A stretch of 64,000 nucleotides of DNA from Ohtaekwangia sp. (GCA_035628875.1 DASPIZ010000135.1:50875-114874), one strand, 5' to 3'. Numbered from the stretch's first letter, positions 30,047 to 40,240 are shown. Program-made: numbers and translations. The notes: generated by a model from the sequence alone, not told the origin.

Positions 30047-30604
30047 ATGTTGAATGATGAAATTAAAAATCCCTGGACAACCTTATCAGGTGAAGAAAAA
30101 TATGACAACCCCTGGATTAATGTTACGGAATACAAAGTATTAAATCCCGGGGGCGGTCCGGGAATTTATGGGAAAGTTCATTTTAAAAATCAGGCTATCG
30201 GTATAGTTCCAATTGATAATGATGGCAATACATGGCTCGTGGGGCAATTCAGGTATACATTAAATGCTTTTTTCTGGGAAATTCCTGAGGGAGGCGGAAC
30301 ATTGGGAGGCGATCCGTTGGAAGCCGCTAAACGTGAACTAAAGGAAGAAACCGGTTTCACAGCCAAAAAATGGACGCTCCTCACTGAGATGCATACTTCA
30401 AACTCGGTTACAGATGAAGCTGGATTTATTTTCGTTGCCGAAGATCTTGAAGCCGGAGACAACGCACTCGAGGAAACTGAAGCAGACATGAAGGTCTGGA
30501 AACTGCCATTGCAGGAAGCTGTCTCTATGGTGCTACGCGGGGAAATAACGGATAGTATGAGTATGATCGGACTTTTGTTGGTGGCAAGACAACGGGGAAT
30601 CTAG
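30047..30604 (+). CDS. NUDIX hydrolase (ADP-ribose pyrophosphatase-like)
   Basis: Nudix box GG...AAKRELKEETG. Confidence 0.93.
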   Translation: MLNDEIKNPWTTLSGEEKYDNPWINVTEYKVLNPGGGPGIYGKVHFKNQAIGIVPIDNDGNTWLVGQFRYTLNAFFWEIPEGGGTLGGDPLEAAKRELKEETGFTAKKWTLLTEMHTSNSVTDEAGFIFVAEDLEAGDNALEETEADMKVWKLPLQEAVSMVLRGEITDSMSMIGLLLVARQRGI

Positions 30605-30683
30605 GCGAGATACGAGGTACAAGGCACGGGGTAGGAAGTACAAGGTAAGGATGAAGCGAAGTACGAGGAACGAGGTGCAAAGG
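30605..30683 (+). repeat. Heptamer array (tacgagg/tacaagg family)
   Basis: tacgagg tacaagg cacgggg taggaag tacaagg ... tacgagg aacgagg tgcaaag directly after the NUDIX stop. Confidence 0.8.
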
Positions 30684-30772
30684 CGAACATGGTTAAGGAA
30701 ATACGGAAAAAAAATTAGTATGGGTGTTTATTGCGGGTTTGATTTATCAACACAAGGGACGGCTTGAACGAA

Positions 30773-32107
30773 ATGGCACTACTTACACTTCGAGCACATT
30801 TAAAAGAAAACACGCGACTTGCCATTCCGGTGATGCTAAGTAATCTCGGACACGTAATGATGGGGGTTTGTGATAATATCATGGTGGGACACATCGATAC
30901 CGTGTCACTTGCCGGCTCTGGTTTGGCTATTGTTGCATTTAATGTGTTGCTGCTTTTTGGGATTGGCGTGTCTTATGCCATCACACCACTTGTCGCGGCT
31001 GCACACGGAGAAAACAATGAATCACACATCACCAAAATTCTCCGGCATGGATTGGTGATTAATACGATCAATGGTATTTTTCTTGTTGGCGTGGTCTACT
31101 TTGCCCGCCATGTATTGTACTACATTAATCAGCCTCCGGAAGTTGTTGACAAAGCCATTCCGTACCTGAACATCATCATGCTTTCGCTGATCCCGGTTCT
31201 GATCTTCCAATCGTTTAAACAATTCGCCGAAGGTTTATCCAATACGCGTATAGCCCTCGTCGTTGTAATCATCAGCAACCTCATGAACATTCTGCTTAAC
31301 TATTTATTGATCTACGGTCATGCCGGGTTTCCGGAACTGGGATTAAACGGCGCCGGATGGGCGACATTAATCTCACGCATCGGTATGGCTATTGGCATCG
31401 CACTTTACTTTTATTATGCAGCAGCGTTCCGTCAATTTCGTGGAGCCTTCAAACCAATCGCCTTCTCAAAAAAACTATTCGTCGCTTTATTGGCTCTTGG
31501 TATACCCAGCGGTGCTCAATTCATATTTGAAGTTGCTGCCTTCGATTTTTCTCTTGTTATGATGGGATGGCTCGGCACGGAAACACAAGCTGCACATCAG
31601 ATCGTGATCAATATGGCAACGCTAAGTTATATGACCACCGCTGGTGTTGCTGCGGCAGCTACCATTCGGGTTGGCTACTTTTCCGGCAAAGGGGATGCTG
31701 AAAACCTCAGCCGTTCCGCCTATACTTCTGTCGGTATGGCACTCGCCTTAATGAGTTTGTGGGCAATCCTTTTTATCGCTGGCAATAGTTGGCTACCTAC
31801 GTTGTATGTTGAAGACAACAAAGTGATTGCCATCGCATCCTCACTGCTCATCATCGCGGGATTGTTTCAGTTATCTGATGGTGTCCAGGTAGTTTGCAAT
31901 TCAGCACTGCGCGGCTTACAAGATGTCAAAATCCCCTCCCTCCTGATCTTCATCTCTTATTGGATCATTGGTTTACCGCTTGGATATTGGTTAGCGTTCA
32001 TCCTGGACCTGGGTGCCATCGGAATATGGACGGGGCTCCTCATCGGACTAACCCTTACGGCAACGGCAACGTTTTTACGTTTACGGTCTAAATTATTACA
32101 ACGTTAA
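30773..32107 (+). CDS. MATE family efflux transporter
   Basis: LAIPVM, FKQFAEG, GLNGAGWATL, FQLSDGVQ, GAIGIWTG. Start TTG 30764 or ATG 30773. Confidence 0.95.
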   Translation: MALLTLRAHLKENTRLAIPVMLSNLGHVMMGVCDNIMVGHIDTVSLAGSGLAIVAFNVLLLFGIGVSYAITPLVAAAHGENNESHITKILRHGLVINTINGIFLVGVVYFARHVLYYINQPPEVVDKAIPYLNIIMLSLIPVLIFQSFKQFAEGLSNTRIALVVVIISNLMNILLNYLLIYGHAGFPELGLNGAGWATLISRIGMAIGIALYFYYAAAFRQFRGAFKPIAFSKKLFVALLALGIPSGAQFIFEVAAFDFSLVMMGWLGTETQAAHQIVINMATLSYMTTAGVAAAATIRVGYFSGKGDAENLSRSAYTSVGMALALMSLWAILFIAGNSWLPTLYVEDNKVIAIASSLLIIAGLFQLSDGVQVVCNSALRGLQDVKIPSLLIFISYWIIGLPLGYWLAFILDLGAIGIWTGLLIGLTLTATATFLRLRSKLLQR

Positions 32108-32117
32108 CGCTAAAGGA

Positions 32118-33107
32118 TTAAACTTCTACATCAACACGTGTGGCACTTGTGTGTCGCTGATCTTGTTTCACTTCTCCCCGCAGGCCATTGGCTTTCAAGA
32201 GATCTGCTACCGTATTGAGTAACAAAATCGAGGCATCTACTTCCTCTTTTCGGATGGCAACACTTTCAATATTAAATCCGAAAGGAATGGCATTTTTCAT
32301 ACAATACGCAATGAGGTCTTTTGCAATCTCAATGGCGATCTCAACGGAACGATCAACGGGGCGGGTACACGCTTCAAGCTCTTCCTTAATATCAGCCGGG
32401 ATGTGAATTCCCAGCCATTCCATAAAATGAAGCGTTTTAACGGAACCGCAGATAGTAAGTGTGAAAATAATCGTGGGGAATTCCTGTTTCTTCTTTGCAC
32501 AGGCTATAAGGAGGTCTTCCAGGATCTGTTTCGTAAAACCTACATTAAAGATGCATTGAGAAATAAAGTAAGAAACACCACAGTCTACTTTATCCAGAAT
32601 TCTCACATCCTCATCCTTTAACACCGCATGTCTTTCCGGTATGGTAACCGCTCCGATAACAGAATGATCCGCATGGTTTTTCCTCCATAGCCCATAAGCT
32701 TCCCGAAGACTTGTTTTAACTACACAATCCGGTGCAGGCAAACCTACGAATACAGGATAAAATCCATTCGCTTTTAAGCCTTCAAGCCACTGGGCTAATT
32801 CAGCCTGCGTAAATTTTCCCGCAGGGCGATAGATTATCTTCGGCGCAGTGAGCGGTTTTAAGTATTGACTGGCATATTCAAACGGGTCCAGAGAGCTGGC
32901 AAAAGGAAATGGCCTTTCTTCAGAGGTGCGGGCAGATTCATCCTGCACATCATAAACAACCAGGGCATCTATATCGAGTGAACGAAGGTTATGAAGCGTT
33001 TTCTCAGCTATGACACTTACCTTCTCAATGGGAGTCTGCGCCTTGGGTGGGGTGATCCCATATAACAAAATACCGGATTCTCTTCTTTTGATTTTTGTAA
33101 AGAACAT
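32118..33107 (-). CDS. Methylenetetrahydrofolate-reductase-like (FAD-linked) protein
   Basis: LLYGITPPKA, YDVQDE...ERPFPF, IPERH, YFISQ, FMEWLGI, GFNIESVAIRK. ATG 33107 preferred. Confidence 0.7.
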   Translation of the reverse strand: MFFTKIKRRESGILLYGITPPKAQTPIEKVSVIAEKTLHNLRSLDIDALVVYDVQDESARTSEERPFPFASSLDPFEYASQYLKPLTAPKIIYRPAGKFTQAELAQWLEGLKANGFYPVFVGLPAPDCVVKTSLREAYGLWRKNHADHSVIGAVTIPERHAVLKDEDVRILDKVDCGVSYFISQCIFNVGFTKQILEDLLIACAKKKQEFPTIIFTLTICGSVKTLHFMEWLGIHIPADIKEELEACTRPVDRSVEIAIEIAKDLIAYCMKNAIPFGFNIESVAIRKEEVDASILLLNTVADLLKANGLRGEVKQDQRHTSATRVDVEV

Positions 33108-33156
33108 GTGTTGGGGTTCTATAAAAGATAAAAGTAATAAATTATCGAAGAATAAA

Positions 33157-33650
33157 GCCACTAAGGCACCAGGACACTAAGAAGAAATACCTCTTGTAGT
33201 TTGCATTCCTTCGTGTCTTCGTGCCTCGTGGCTTCATATCGCACGCTCAATCAAAAATTGACGCCACTAAGACACCAGGACACTAAGAATACCTACCACC
33301 TTTTATACTTTGAATTCCTTCGTGTCTTCGTGCCTTCGTGGCTTCATATAGCACACTTCATTAACATTAACGCCACTAAGGCACCAGGACACTAAGAAGA
33401 AATACCTCTTGTAGTTTGTATTCGTTCGTGTCTTCGTGCCTCCGTGGCTTCATATAGCACGCTCAATAAAACTTGACGCCACTAAGGCACCAGGGCACTA
33501 AGAATACCTACCACCTTTTATAGTTTGAATTCCTTCGTGTCTTCGTGCCTTCGTGTCTTCATATAGCACATTTCATTAAAATTAACGCCACTAAGGCACC
33601 AGGACATTAAGAAGAAATACCATTTTTATAGTTTGTATTCCTTGATGTAT
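33157..33650. repeat. Tandem array of alternating 106/109-bp palindromic units
   Basis: Units start at 33157, 33263, 33372, 33478 and 33587 with gccactaag(g/a)caccagg(a/g)ca(c/t)taagaa; units 1=3 and 2=4 by loop sequence; the fifth unit is degenerate. Confidence 0.95.
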
Positions 33651-33693
33651 TTATGCTTAAAATTATCAACAAATAAGTCTTACCCATATTCCG

Positions 33694-33701
33694 TATATTT
33701 G
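33694..33701 (+). promoter_or_regulatory. -7 promoter element TATATTTG for the thioesterase-acyltransferase-gatC unit
   Basis: Exact TAnnTTTG match 24 bp before the ATG. Confidence 0.55.
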
Positions 33702-33724
33702 GAACCCGGACCTATCCCTGCCCC

Positions 33725-34279
33725 ATGACTTTAAAAGCCAAACCTGTTTCTGTATCACAAACAACAATCACCGAACTGATGATTCCTTCCTATGCCAATT
33801 TTGGCGGAAAGATTCACGGCGGTATCCTCCTATCATTGATGGACAAAGTAGCCTACGCCTGCGCGAGTAAACATGCCGGGGAATATTGTGTCACTGTATC
33901 GGTCGATAAGGTTGAATTTCTTCAGCCGGTGGAAGTCGGCGAACTTGTTTCCCTGCATGCTTCCGTAAACCACGTCGGTAACTCATCCATGATCATCGGC
34001 ATCCGTGTGGAGGCACAAAACGTAAAACTTGGAACGATTAAACATACCAACTCATGTTACTTTACCATGGTAGCGAAAGGCGACGACGATAAACCAACCA
34101 CCGTTCCGATGTTGATTTTAGAAAACAATGAACAGGTGAAGCGCTTCATTGAAGCCCTTCGCATGAAAGAAATCAAAAACAAAGTAAAATTTGCCCTTGA
34201 TGATGCACGCTCGCATATTCACCTGGAAGAAGCTTCAGAAATTCTAAAAAACGAAAGATGTGTTATTCGTTATACCTGA
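33725..34279 (+). CDS. Acyl-CoA thioesterase (hotdog fold)
   Basis: NFGGKIHGGILLSLMD, VTVSVDKVEFLQP. Confidence 0.93.
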   Translation: MTLKAKPVSVSQTTITELMIPSYANFGGKIHGGILLSLMDKVAYACASKHAGEYCVTVSVDKVEFLQPVEVGELVSLHASVNHVGNSSMIIGIRVEAQNVKLGTIKHTNSCYFTMVAKGDDDKPTTVPMLILENNEQVKRFIEALRMKEIKNKVKFALDDARSHIHLEEASEILKNERCVIRYT

Positions 34280-34357
34280 GACGGCTGACATCAACACAGT
34301 TATCGCGATTAAAAAATCATCTTATCGTTACAGGTAATTCTCTATTTTTGATCTATC

Positions 34358-35095
34358 ATGAAGTTTATAAGGGTTGTACACACGGGTTATGGATTGGTTG
34401 TTTTTACCATTATTTTTCTCCTGCTTTTACCGTTGCTCCTTATTCCAATCTTCTTTCCGAAGAAATTCAAACTTATTGGCACCATAAACCGTTGGTGGGC
34501 AAAAGCCCTGTTTGCCGGCGTGTTCTTACCTTTTAAAATAGTCTATCGCGCCAAACCAGATCGTACAAAACAGTACATATTTTGCGCGAATCATTTTTCC
34601 TATCTGGACATCCCAACGATGGGCCTAAACGATCATCCAACCATTTTTGTGGGTAAAAGTGAGATGGCCACCATTCCGTTGTTCGGGTACATGTATCGAA
34701 AGCTTCATATCACCGTGAACAGGGCAAGCCTGAAGAGTAAGATCAATACGTTAAAGCTTTCAAGGGAAGCTATTGAAGCTGGCAAAAGCCTCGTTATTTT
34801 TCCTGAAGGCGGTATTATCACAGCAAAAGACCCGATCATGGGCCGTTTTAAAGACGGTGCGTTCAGGATTGCCATCGACAAACAAATCCCGATTGTACCT
34901 GTTACCATTCCATATAATTGGATAATTTTGCCTCCCGAAGAATTTCTTTTAAGGTGGCATCCACTAAAAATTGTTTTTCACGAACCCGTCGTGACAACTG
35001 GCCTTACTACGGATGATCTGGAGTCCTTGAAAGAAAAGGTATTTACAATCATAAATGATGAATTAAACGATCATCTGAAGAATCTAAAAAAATGA
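34358..35095 (+). CDS. Lysophospholipid acyltransferase (PlsC-like)
   Basis: NHFSYLD, FVGKSE, IFPEGG, FKDGAF. Confidence 0.95.
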   Translation: MKFIRVVHTGYGLVVFTIIFLLLLPLLLIPIFFPKKFKLIGTINRWWAKALFAGVFLPFKIVYRAKPDRTKQYIFCANHFSYLDIPTMGLNDHPTIFVGKSEMATIPLFGYMYRKLHITVNRASLKSKINTLKLSREAIEAGKSLVIFPEGGIITAKDPIMGRFKDGAFRIAIDKQIPIVPVTIPYNWIILPPEEFLLRWHPLKIVFHEPVVTTGLTTDDLESLKEKVFTIINDELNDHLKNLKK

Positions 35096-35379
35096 AAATA
35101 GATCGCGCTTTACTCGACAAGATAGCCCATCTCGCCCGCCTTGAGTTTGAAGAAAAAGATGCAGAAAAAATGATGAGTGATATGACTGCCATTGTAAACT
35201 GGGTAGAAAAACTTAGCGAAGTTGATACTGATGGGGTAGAACCGCTCACTACCATGAGTTACGAAGTGAATAAACTTCGCGAGGATGAGGTAAAGCAGCA
35301 CCTTGACCATGACCGCGCCTTGAAGCACGCACCCAAAAAAGACACAGATTATTTTCGTGTACCTAAAGTACTCGAATAA
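35092..35379 (+). CDS. gatC: Asp/Glu-tRNA amidotransferase subunit C
   Basis: IAHLARLEF, VDTDGVEP, LREDEV, YFRVPKV. Confidence 0.95.
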   Translation: MKIDRALLDKIAHLARLEFEEKDAEKMMSDMTAIVNWVEKLSEVDTDGVEPLTTMSYEVNKLREDEVKQHLDHDRALKHAPKKDTDYFRVPKVLE

Positions 35380-35471
35380 ATGCATTTCAGATTCGACATG
35401 TCGACCGGCGTTCGGTCAGGCTTTTAAAATATCAAATCGTCTTTTAGCTTGCATGTCAAATTTCCACGTTC

Positions 35472-38429
35472 ATGAGTTCTCTTTTTTTCTGGAAGGAATG
35501 GCATAAAGAATATCGGTACACCTGGTATGCAATGCTTGGCCTCTTTCTTACAGCCCTGGTTTTTTTGTGGGTCTCCTATGCTCAGGGTGCCGATGCAGTA
35601 ATTTCCTGGCAACGACTTCAGGAACAAAAAGAAATTGAAACATCGGTTCATTCCTTTCGGCTGGGACCTTTTGAATTAACGGTTCCAGGGGAAACCTATA
35701 TCATTTTTGAATATCTCAACGGAAGCACCATCAAACCCAATACCACTGCCTCCTACCTGTTCCTCGTGATCCTCACGTTATCGGCCATTATATTACTTTC
35801 GGTAATTACCACGGCAGAACGATTCTGGTTTTTTATTGCGATGGGATTATTCATCCTTTTTGTGGTAAGTTTCCGCCTCGAGGTATTGGGCCTCTTCGGA
35901 CTGTTTAATCGCGTACCAACGCTGATTGTATTAACCGCTTATATTCTTCCAGCATTCTATTTTAACCGCATCCGGTCATCAACACCTTTTCTAACGCGAC
36001 TGGCTGTTTTCGGTAGCATCACCCTGCTATTCTCCATCATCATCGCGATGTTTGCAACCGTAAATTTTCCCTTCTATCAGCTTACAATAACCAGCTTTGT
36101 ACCCGGTCTTATTTTGTCGATACTCTTCATCATCATGGTGTCGCATGAGATTATCAGCTCCTTTGTGATCGTTATCAGTCAGGGGAATTCTAAAAGTCTT
36201 AATCACCTGCTTATTATCAGTACCATATACCTCATCAACATCATCATCACGTGTTTTCATGAAATCGGTGTAATCGACTGGAGCTTTTTATACATCAATC
36301 TGTATTTACTGCTTACCATTTCCGCTCTGCTTGGCATCTGGGGATTTTGCCACCGTGAAGCGCTATATGGGAATATTGTATCCTTTTATCCGTTTGGCGC
36401 ATTGTTCTTTCTTGCCATGGGTGCGATTTGCTTTGCTACAACGGCACAGCTACTGGGCAATGCCAACGACCCGGGTGTACGCATCATCCGCGATGTGATC
36501 ATCTTCAGCCATACCGGTTTTGGATTCATATTTCTTATCTACCTGTTTTCGAATTATTCTCCCATGCTGGCGAAAAACCTGCCCGTCCATAAAGTGCTGT
36601 ACACGCCAACGCGTATGCCTTACTTTACATACCGGCTTGCCGGACTCATTGTGATGCTGGCGTTCATCTTCAATTCAAACTGGAGACAATACGTCTATCA
36701 CGGCATTTCAGCGTTCTATAATTCCGGAGGAGACCTCTATGCCCTCGAGGGAAATTTTACTTATGCCGAATCTTTTTATGAAAAAGCGCGTGCACAAGCT
36801 TTTCAAAATCACCGTTCTAACTATGCACTCGGTTCCATGCGCGGCAACAGTTACGATCTCGAAGATGCCCGCGACAACTATGACGATGCGAATTCAAAAA
36901 GACCCACAGCTTATTCATTAACCAATGAAGGGAATACTTATTTCTGGGAACAGAAGTATTACGACGCCATCCGCACCTATAAAAACGGACTGGAGAAAAT
37001 CAACAACACCGGACCTCTGGCAAATAATCTGGGGTTAAGCTATATCAAAATACATCGTATTGACTCCGCTGCTTATTTTTTAAATCAGGCGCGTGAGTAC
37101 AAGCTTACTAAAAACGCCGCCGAAACAAATTTCTTTGCTATGGCGGCAGTAGAAATGCTTCCCATGAATCCTGATTCCGTGCTGCGCACGTTCAACAGTG
37201 ATTTTCCGGGAACGCTTTGCAATGCGCTTGCGCTGTCAACCGTAGTGAACAAACCTTTTAAAATAGATTCGGATCCGCTGGCTGACTCTGTACTCAATCT
37301 TTACACGGCTACATTCTTAAACAACTATATCATTAAGAATGCAAAAGAAGTGGATACAACATTTATCAACCGCGCGTATGCAATTGCTTCCGATTCCTTA
37401 AACGCCGATTATAGTGAGGCCTTAAAGTCATCATTGTCATTCGCATATTATCACCAGGGAAATATCCAAAAAGCGCTGGAGATTTTGGCGGAGCAGATTT
37501 ATCTCAGTCAAAGTTACCAGGGAACCTTTAATTATATCATGGGATTGTGGGCACTTGAGCAGCTGAACCCTGAGTCGGCGGCGATATATTTTTCCTATGC
37601 TGACAACTATGAGTTTGAAAACGCGCCTTTTTACATGGCGATTGCACAAACTGAAGCAGGTCAAATAGAAACGGCATTGAAGGCGTGGGACACCGTTGCT
37701 GTACGGGGTAATCGATCACAACGACTAATTGCGGGCCAGATCAAAAGGATTCTTACTTTATCCAGTGATCAGGTACAATCCCTCACTGATGCAGAAAAAT
37801 ATCAATTCTGCAGATATCGCATCGGACTCGAAGATTCAGTTTTGTTTAACCGGATATCCAATTCATTTGATAATCCAAATTACAAAGCGCAGGCATTGTT
37901 GGATCTGAGTCGCAAATATCAGGAAGCCGGTGACCTCGTTTCAGCCATCTATTACTACCAAAGAATCGCAGGGCTTGAGCTTTCAGACAAACGATTATAC
38001 CACGAGTTCAGGCATTTTGAATTAATCCTTCTCGCTACACGAAGGGAAATCAATCTTTTAGCAGAACAGATCAACAATGGAATTGAATTCGACGCCTCAA
38101 AAAGACTTGAGAAAATTTACTACACAGCCCTTATCACCGAAGCAAGTGGAGATACGGCCACCGCGAGAAAAAATTACACCATCCTCGCTAACTATAATCC
38201 TTATTTTGAAGATGGCATCCTTTCAGCGTACCAGTTTTTCCTCAAACACAGTGATATACCCTTCTATCCTTATAACATACTGGCTGAGGCCGTGCAAGTG
38301 AATACACAATCCATTCGCCTATGGAGAGCATACTACAATGAAGCAGTTCGTATTGGCTTTGATGAGTACGCAGCCAGCGCAGCAAAGACAATTGCTGAAC
38401 TGGAAGCTAAAGGCATTAGGAATCGTTGA
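35472..38429 (+). CDS. Large hypothetical protein: multi-TM N-terminal half, TPR-like C-terminal half
   Basis: Many hydrophobic segments in the first ~410 aa; TPR-like helical motifs later (NYALG, NNLGLSY, YIMGLWA). Confidence 0.85.
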   Translation: MSSLFFWKEWHKEYRYTWYAMLGLFLTALVFLWVSYAQGADAVISWQRLQEQKEIETSVHSFRLGPFELTVPGETYIIFEYLNGSTIKPNTTASYLFLVILTLSAIILLSVITTAERFWFFIAMGLFILFVVSFRLEVLGLFGLFNRVPTLIVLTAYILPAFYFNRIRSSTPFLTRLAVFGSITLLFSIIIAMFATVNFPFYQLTITSFVPGLILSILFIIMVSHEIISSFVIVISQGNSKSLNHLLIISTIYLINIIITCFHEIGVIDWSFLYINLYLLLTISALLGIWGFCHREALYGNIVSFYPFGALFFLAMGAICFATTAQLLGNANDPGVRIIRDVIIFSHTGFGFIFLIYLFSNYSPMLAKNLPVHKVLYTPTRMPYFTYRLAGLIVMLAFIFNSNWRQYVYHGISAFYNSGGDLYALEGNFTYAESFYEKARAQAFQNHRSNYALGSMRGNSYDLEDARDNYDDANSKRPTAYSLTNEGNTYFWEQKYYDAIRTYKNGLEKINNTGPLANNLGLSYIKIHRIDSAAYFLNQAREYKLTKNAAETNFFAMAAVEMLPMNPDSVLRTFNSDFPGTLCNALALSTVVNKPFKIDSDPLADSVLNLYTATFLNNYIIKNAKEVDTTFINRAYAIASDSLNADYSEALKSSLSFAYYHQGNIQKALEILAEQIYLSQSYQGTFNYIMGLWALEQLNPESAAIYFSYADNYEFENAPFYMAIAQTEAGQIETALKAWDTVAVRGNRSQRLIAGQIKRILTLSSDQVQSLTDAEKYQFCRYRIGLEDSVLFNRISNSFDNPNYKAQALLDLSRKYQEAGDLVSAIYYYQRIAGLELSDKRLYHEFRHFELILLATRREINLLAEQINNGIEFDASKRLEKIYYTALITEASGDTATARKNYTILANYNPYFEDGILSAYQFFLKHSDIPFYPYNILAEAVQVNTQSIRLWRAYYNEAVRIGFDEYAASAAKTIAELEAKGIRNR

Positions 38430-38449
38430 TTGACTAAACTTTTACGACC

Positions 38450-38995
38450 TTAACGCTTATGCGTATCAACGCGTTTGGCTGTTTTATGTGACTTTTTGCT
38501 TGTCTTTTTTGCAGATGATTTCTTTGCGGACTTTTTGGCCTTAGCTTTATCTTTCTTCTTTGCTTCTTCTTTTGCTTCTGCAGCCCAAAGCTTTATGTTT
38601 TCGCGAATCACCTTCCAGTAATCTTTACCATAATCAACAAGTATCTCCGATCTGGCGGGAATATCTTTTTTCGCTTCGATAAATGCCTTGGTTCCCTCAA
38701 CGATGTAATCACAGTTGTTTACCAAGCCTTTAATCTTCACTAAACCACGGGCATCGTTCGCATATCGTGCAAATGCTTTCTTGTCAGGAAATCCGTCGAT
38801 CACATGGTTTCTATTGATATAAAAGATATATCCGTTCTTTCCGTCATCATCTGCCACATCTTTCCAGGCTGAACGCTTTCCTTTGTACTCAACGATCAAT
38901 GTTCCCTTCGGAATAAATTTTTTTGTAAATAACCCTTTTCCAGCGTTGGGAATGGTAGACTTCTTAACGTAAAGTTGTTTTTCTAATAGTGCCAT
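38450..38995 (-). CDS. SET-domain protein with Lys/Ala/Ser-rich tail
   Basis: STIPNAGKGLF, EYKG, ARYAND, EILVDYG...YW; tail AKKKDKAKAKKSAKKSSAKKTSKK. Confidence 0.9.
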   Translation of the reverse strand: MALLEKQLYVKKSTIPNAGKGLFTKKFIPKGTLIVEYKGKRSAWKDVADDDGKNGYIFYINRNHVIDGFPDKKAFARYANDARGLVKIKGLVNNCDYIVEGTKAFIEAKKDIPARSEILVDYGKDYWKVIRENIKLWAAEAKEEAKKKDKAKAKKSAKKSSAKKTSKKSHKTAKRVDTHKR

Positions 38996-39076
38996 GTATA
39001 AGCTGTTCTCTAAAAATGCGCGTGAAGATAGGTTAATTTAACTTTTATAAAAAGTTTATGCCATAATATGTCGTAG

Positions 39077-39140
39077 AGTTAGGGATTGAGTATTAGGTAT
39101 TAGGCATTAGGTATTAGGGGTTGGGTATTAGTGTCTTGGG
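39077..39140. repeat. Heptamer array (tattagg family)
   Basis: agttagg gattgag tattagg tattagg cattagg tattagg ggttggg tattagt. Confidence 0.85.
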
Positions 39141-39262
39141 TGTTACGATCAGTGATGATTGTTGATATGGACGTAAATGAAGACTTTTATACAATGGCGC
39201 TATATTTATAAAGCTTTCAAATAAATGGTTATGAAGTTTTAAGATGAAGTTTAAAGCATACG

Positions 39263-40240
39263 ATGAAGATTTTCGAACGATTAAATAAAGTCGGGTTAAA
39301 TACATTCTTTCTGCTTATACTGGGCATGGTAGGGCTTGCATGGCTTGCACCATCGTATGGAACAAACCAGAGTCATTTACCACTTCAACCGATCAGTTAT
39401 TATGGCGTTTCACTGATTTTTTTCTTCTATGGTCTTCGGCTAAGCGCCATCGCACTCTGGAAGGGATTATCCCATTGGAAAATACATCTCGTCATACAAG
39501 GCACCACCTTTGTGTTGTTTCCTTTGATCGCATTATTGTGCTATGAATTTTTTCACAGTCAGACTTATGCATTATTGTGGATCGGTTTTTTTTATCTCGC
39601 TGCACTGCCTTCTACGGTGTCATCTTCTGTAGTAATGATTTCTATCGCCGGAGGAAATTTACCGGCCGGAATTTTTAATGCCAGCGTTTCCAGTGTATTG
39701 GGAATTTTAATGACGCCGCTCTGGATGAGCATGTTCATTGTAAATACAAACAACACACAGAATTTTCTCCATGTCATCTTAAGCTTGTGTCTTCAGGTAC
39801 TCTTACCCTTTATTCTTGGATTGTCCCTTCATCGCTACCTCGGCCGTGTGGCCGAAAAACACAAGACCATATTACGATACTTCGACCAGGCGGTTATCTT
39901 ATTAATTGTTTACCGTGCCTTTTGTGAATCGTTTTACAATAAAATGTTTTCCGGGTTTACCACTTTAGAAATTTTTACCCTGGGTGGTTTAATACTGGCA
40001 TTCTTTTTACTGATGGCAGCTTTGATGTATATCTTATCCCTAGTCATGAAGTTTTCACGCGAGGACCGCATCACCATACTTTTTTGCGGATCAAAGAAAT
40101 CGCTTATTCAAGGGGTTGTGATGGCGCAGGTATTATTTTCGAACCAGGTATCACTGGGAATTATACTTCTTCCACTCATGCTATACCACACGCTACAACT
40201 TATAGCGGGAAGCATCATCGCAGAACGATTGTCAAAATAA
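39263..40240 (+). CDS. Bile acid:sodium symporter family protein
   Basis: FFFYGLRLS, LPSTVSSSV, GNLPAGIFNAS, FCGSKKSL. Confidence 0.93.
   Translation: MKIFERLNKVGLNTFFLLILGMVGLAWLAPSYGTNQSHLPLQPISYYGVSLIFFFYGLRLSAIALWKGLSHWKIHLVIQGTTFVLFPLIALLCYEFFHSQTYALLWIGFFYLAALPSTVSSSVVMISIAGGNLPAGIFNASVSSVLGILMTPLWMSMFIVNTNNTQNFLHVILSLCLQVLLPFILGLSLHRYLGRVAEKHKTILRYFDQAVILLIVYRAFCESFYNKMFSGFTTLEIFTLGGLILAFFLLMAALMYILSLVMKFSREDRITILFCGSKKSLIQGVVMAQVLFSNQVSLGIILLPLMLYHTLQLIAGSIIAERLSK

Noticed and set aside
33157-33650. CRISPR array
   Set aside because: The 'spacers' are themselves repeated (1=3, 2=4) and contain the complementary arm, units exceed 100 bp, and no cas genes are in the window.
35092-35379. 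gatC without gatA/gatB as an anomaly
   Set aside because: Scattered gat genes are usual in Bacteroidota; the others may lie outside the window.
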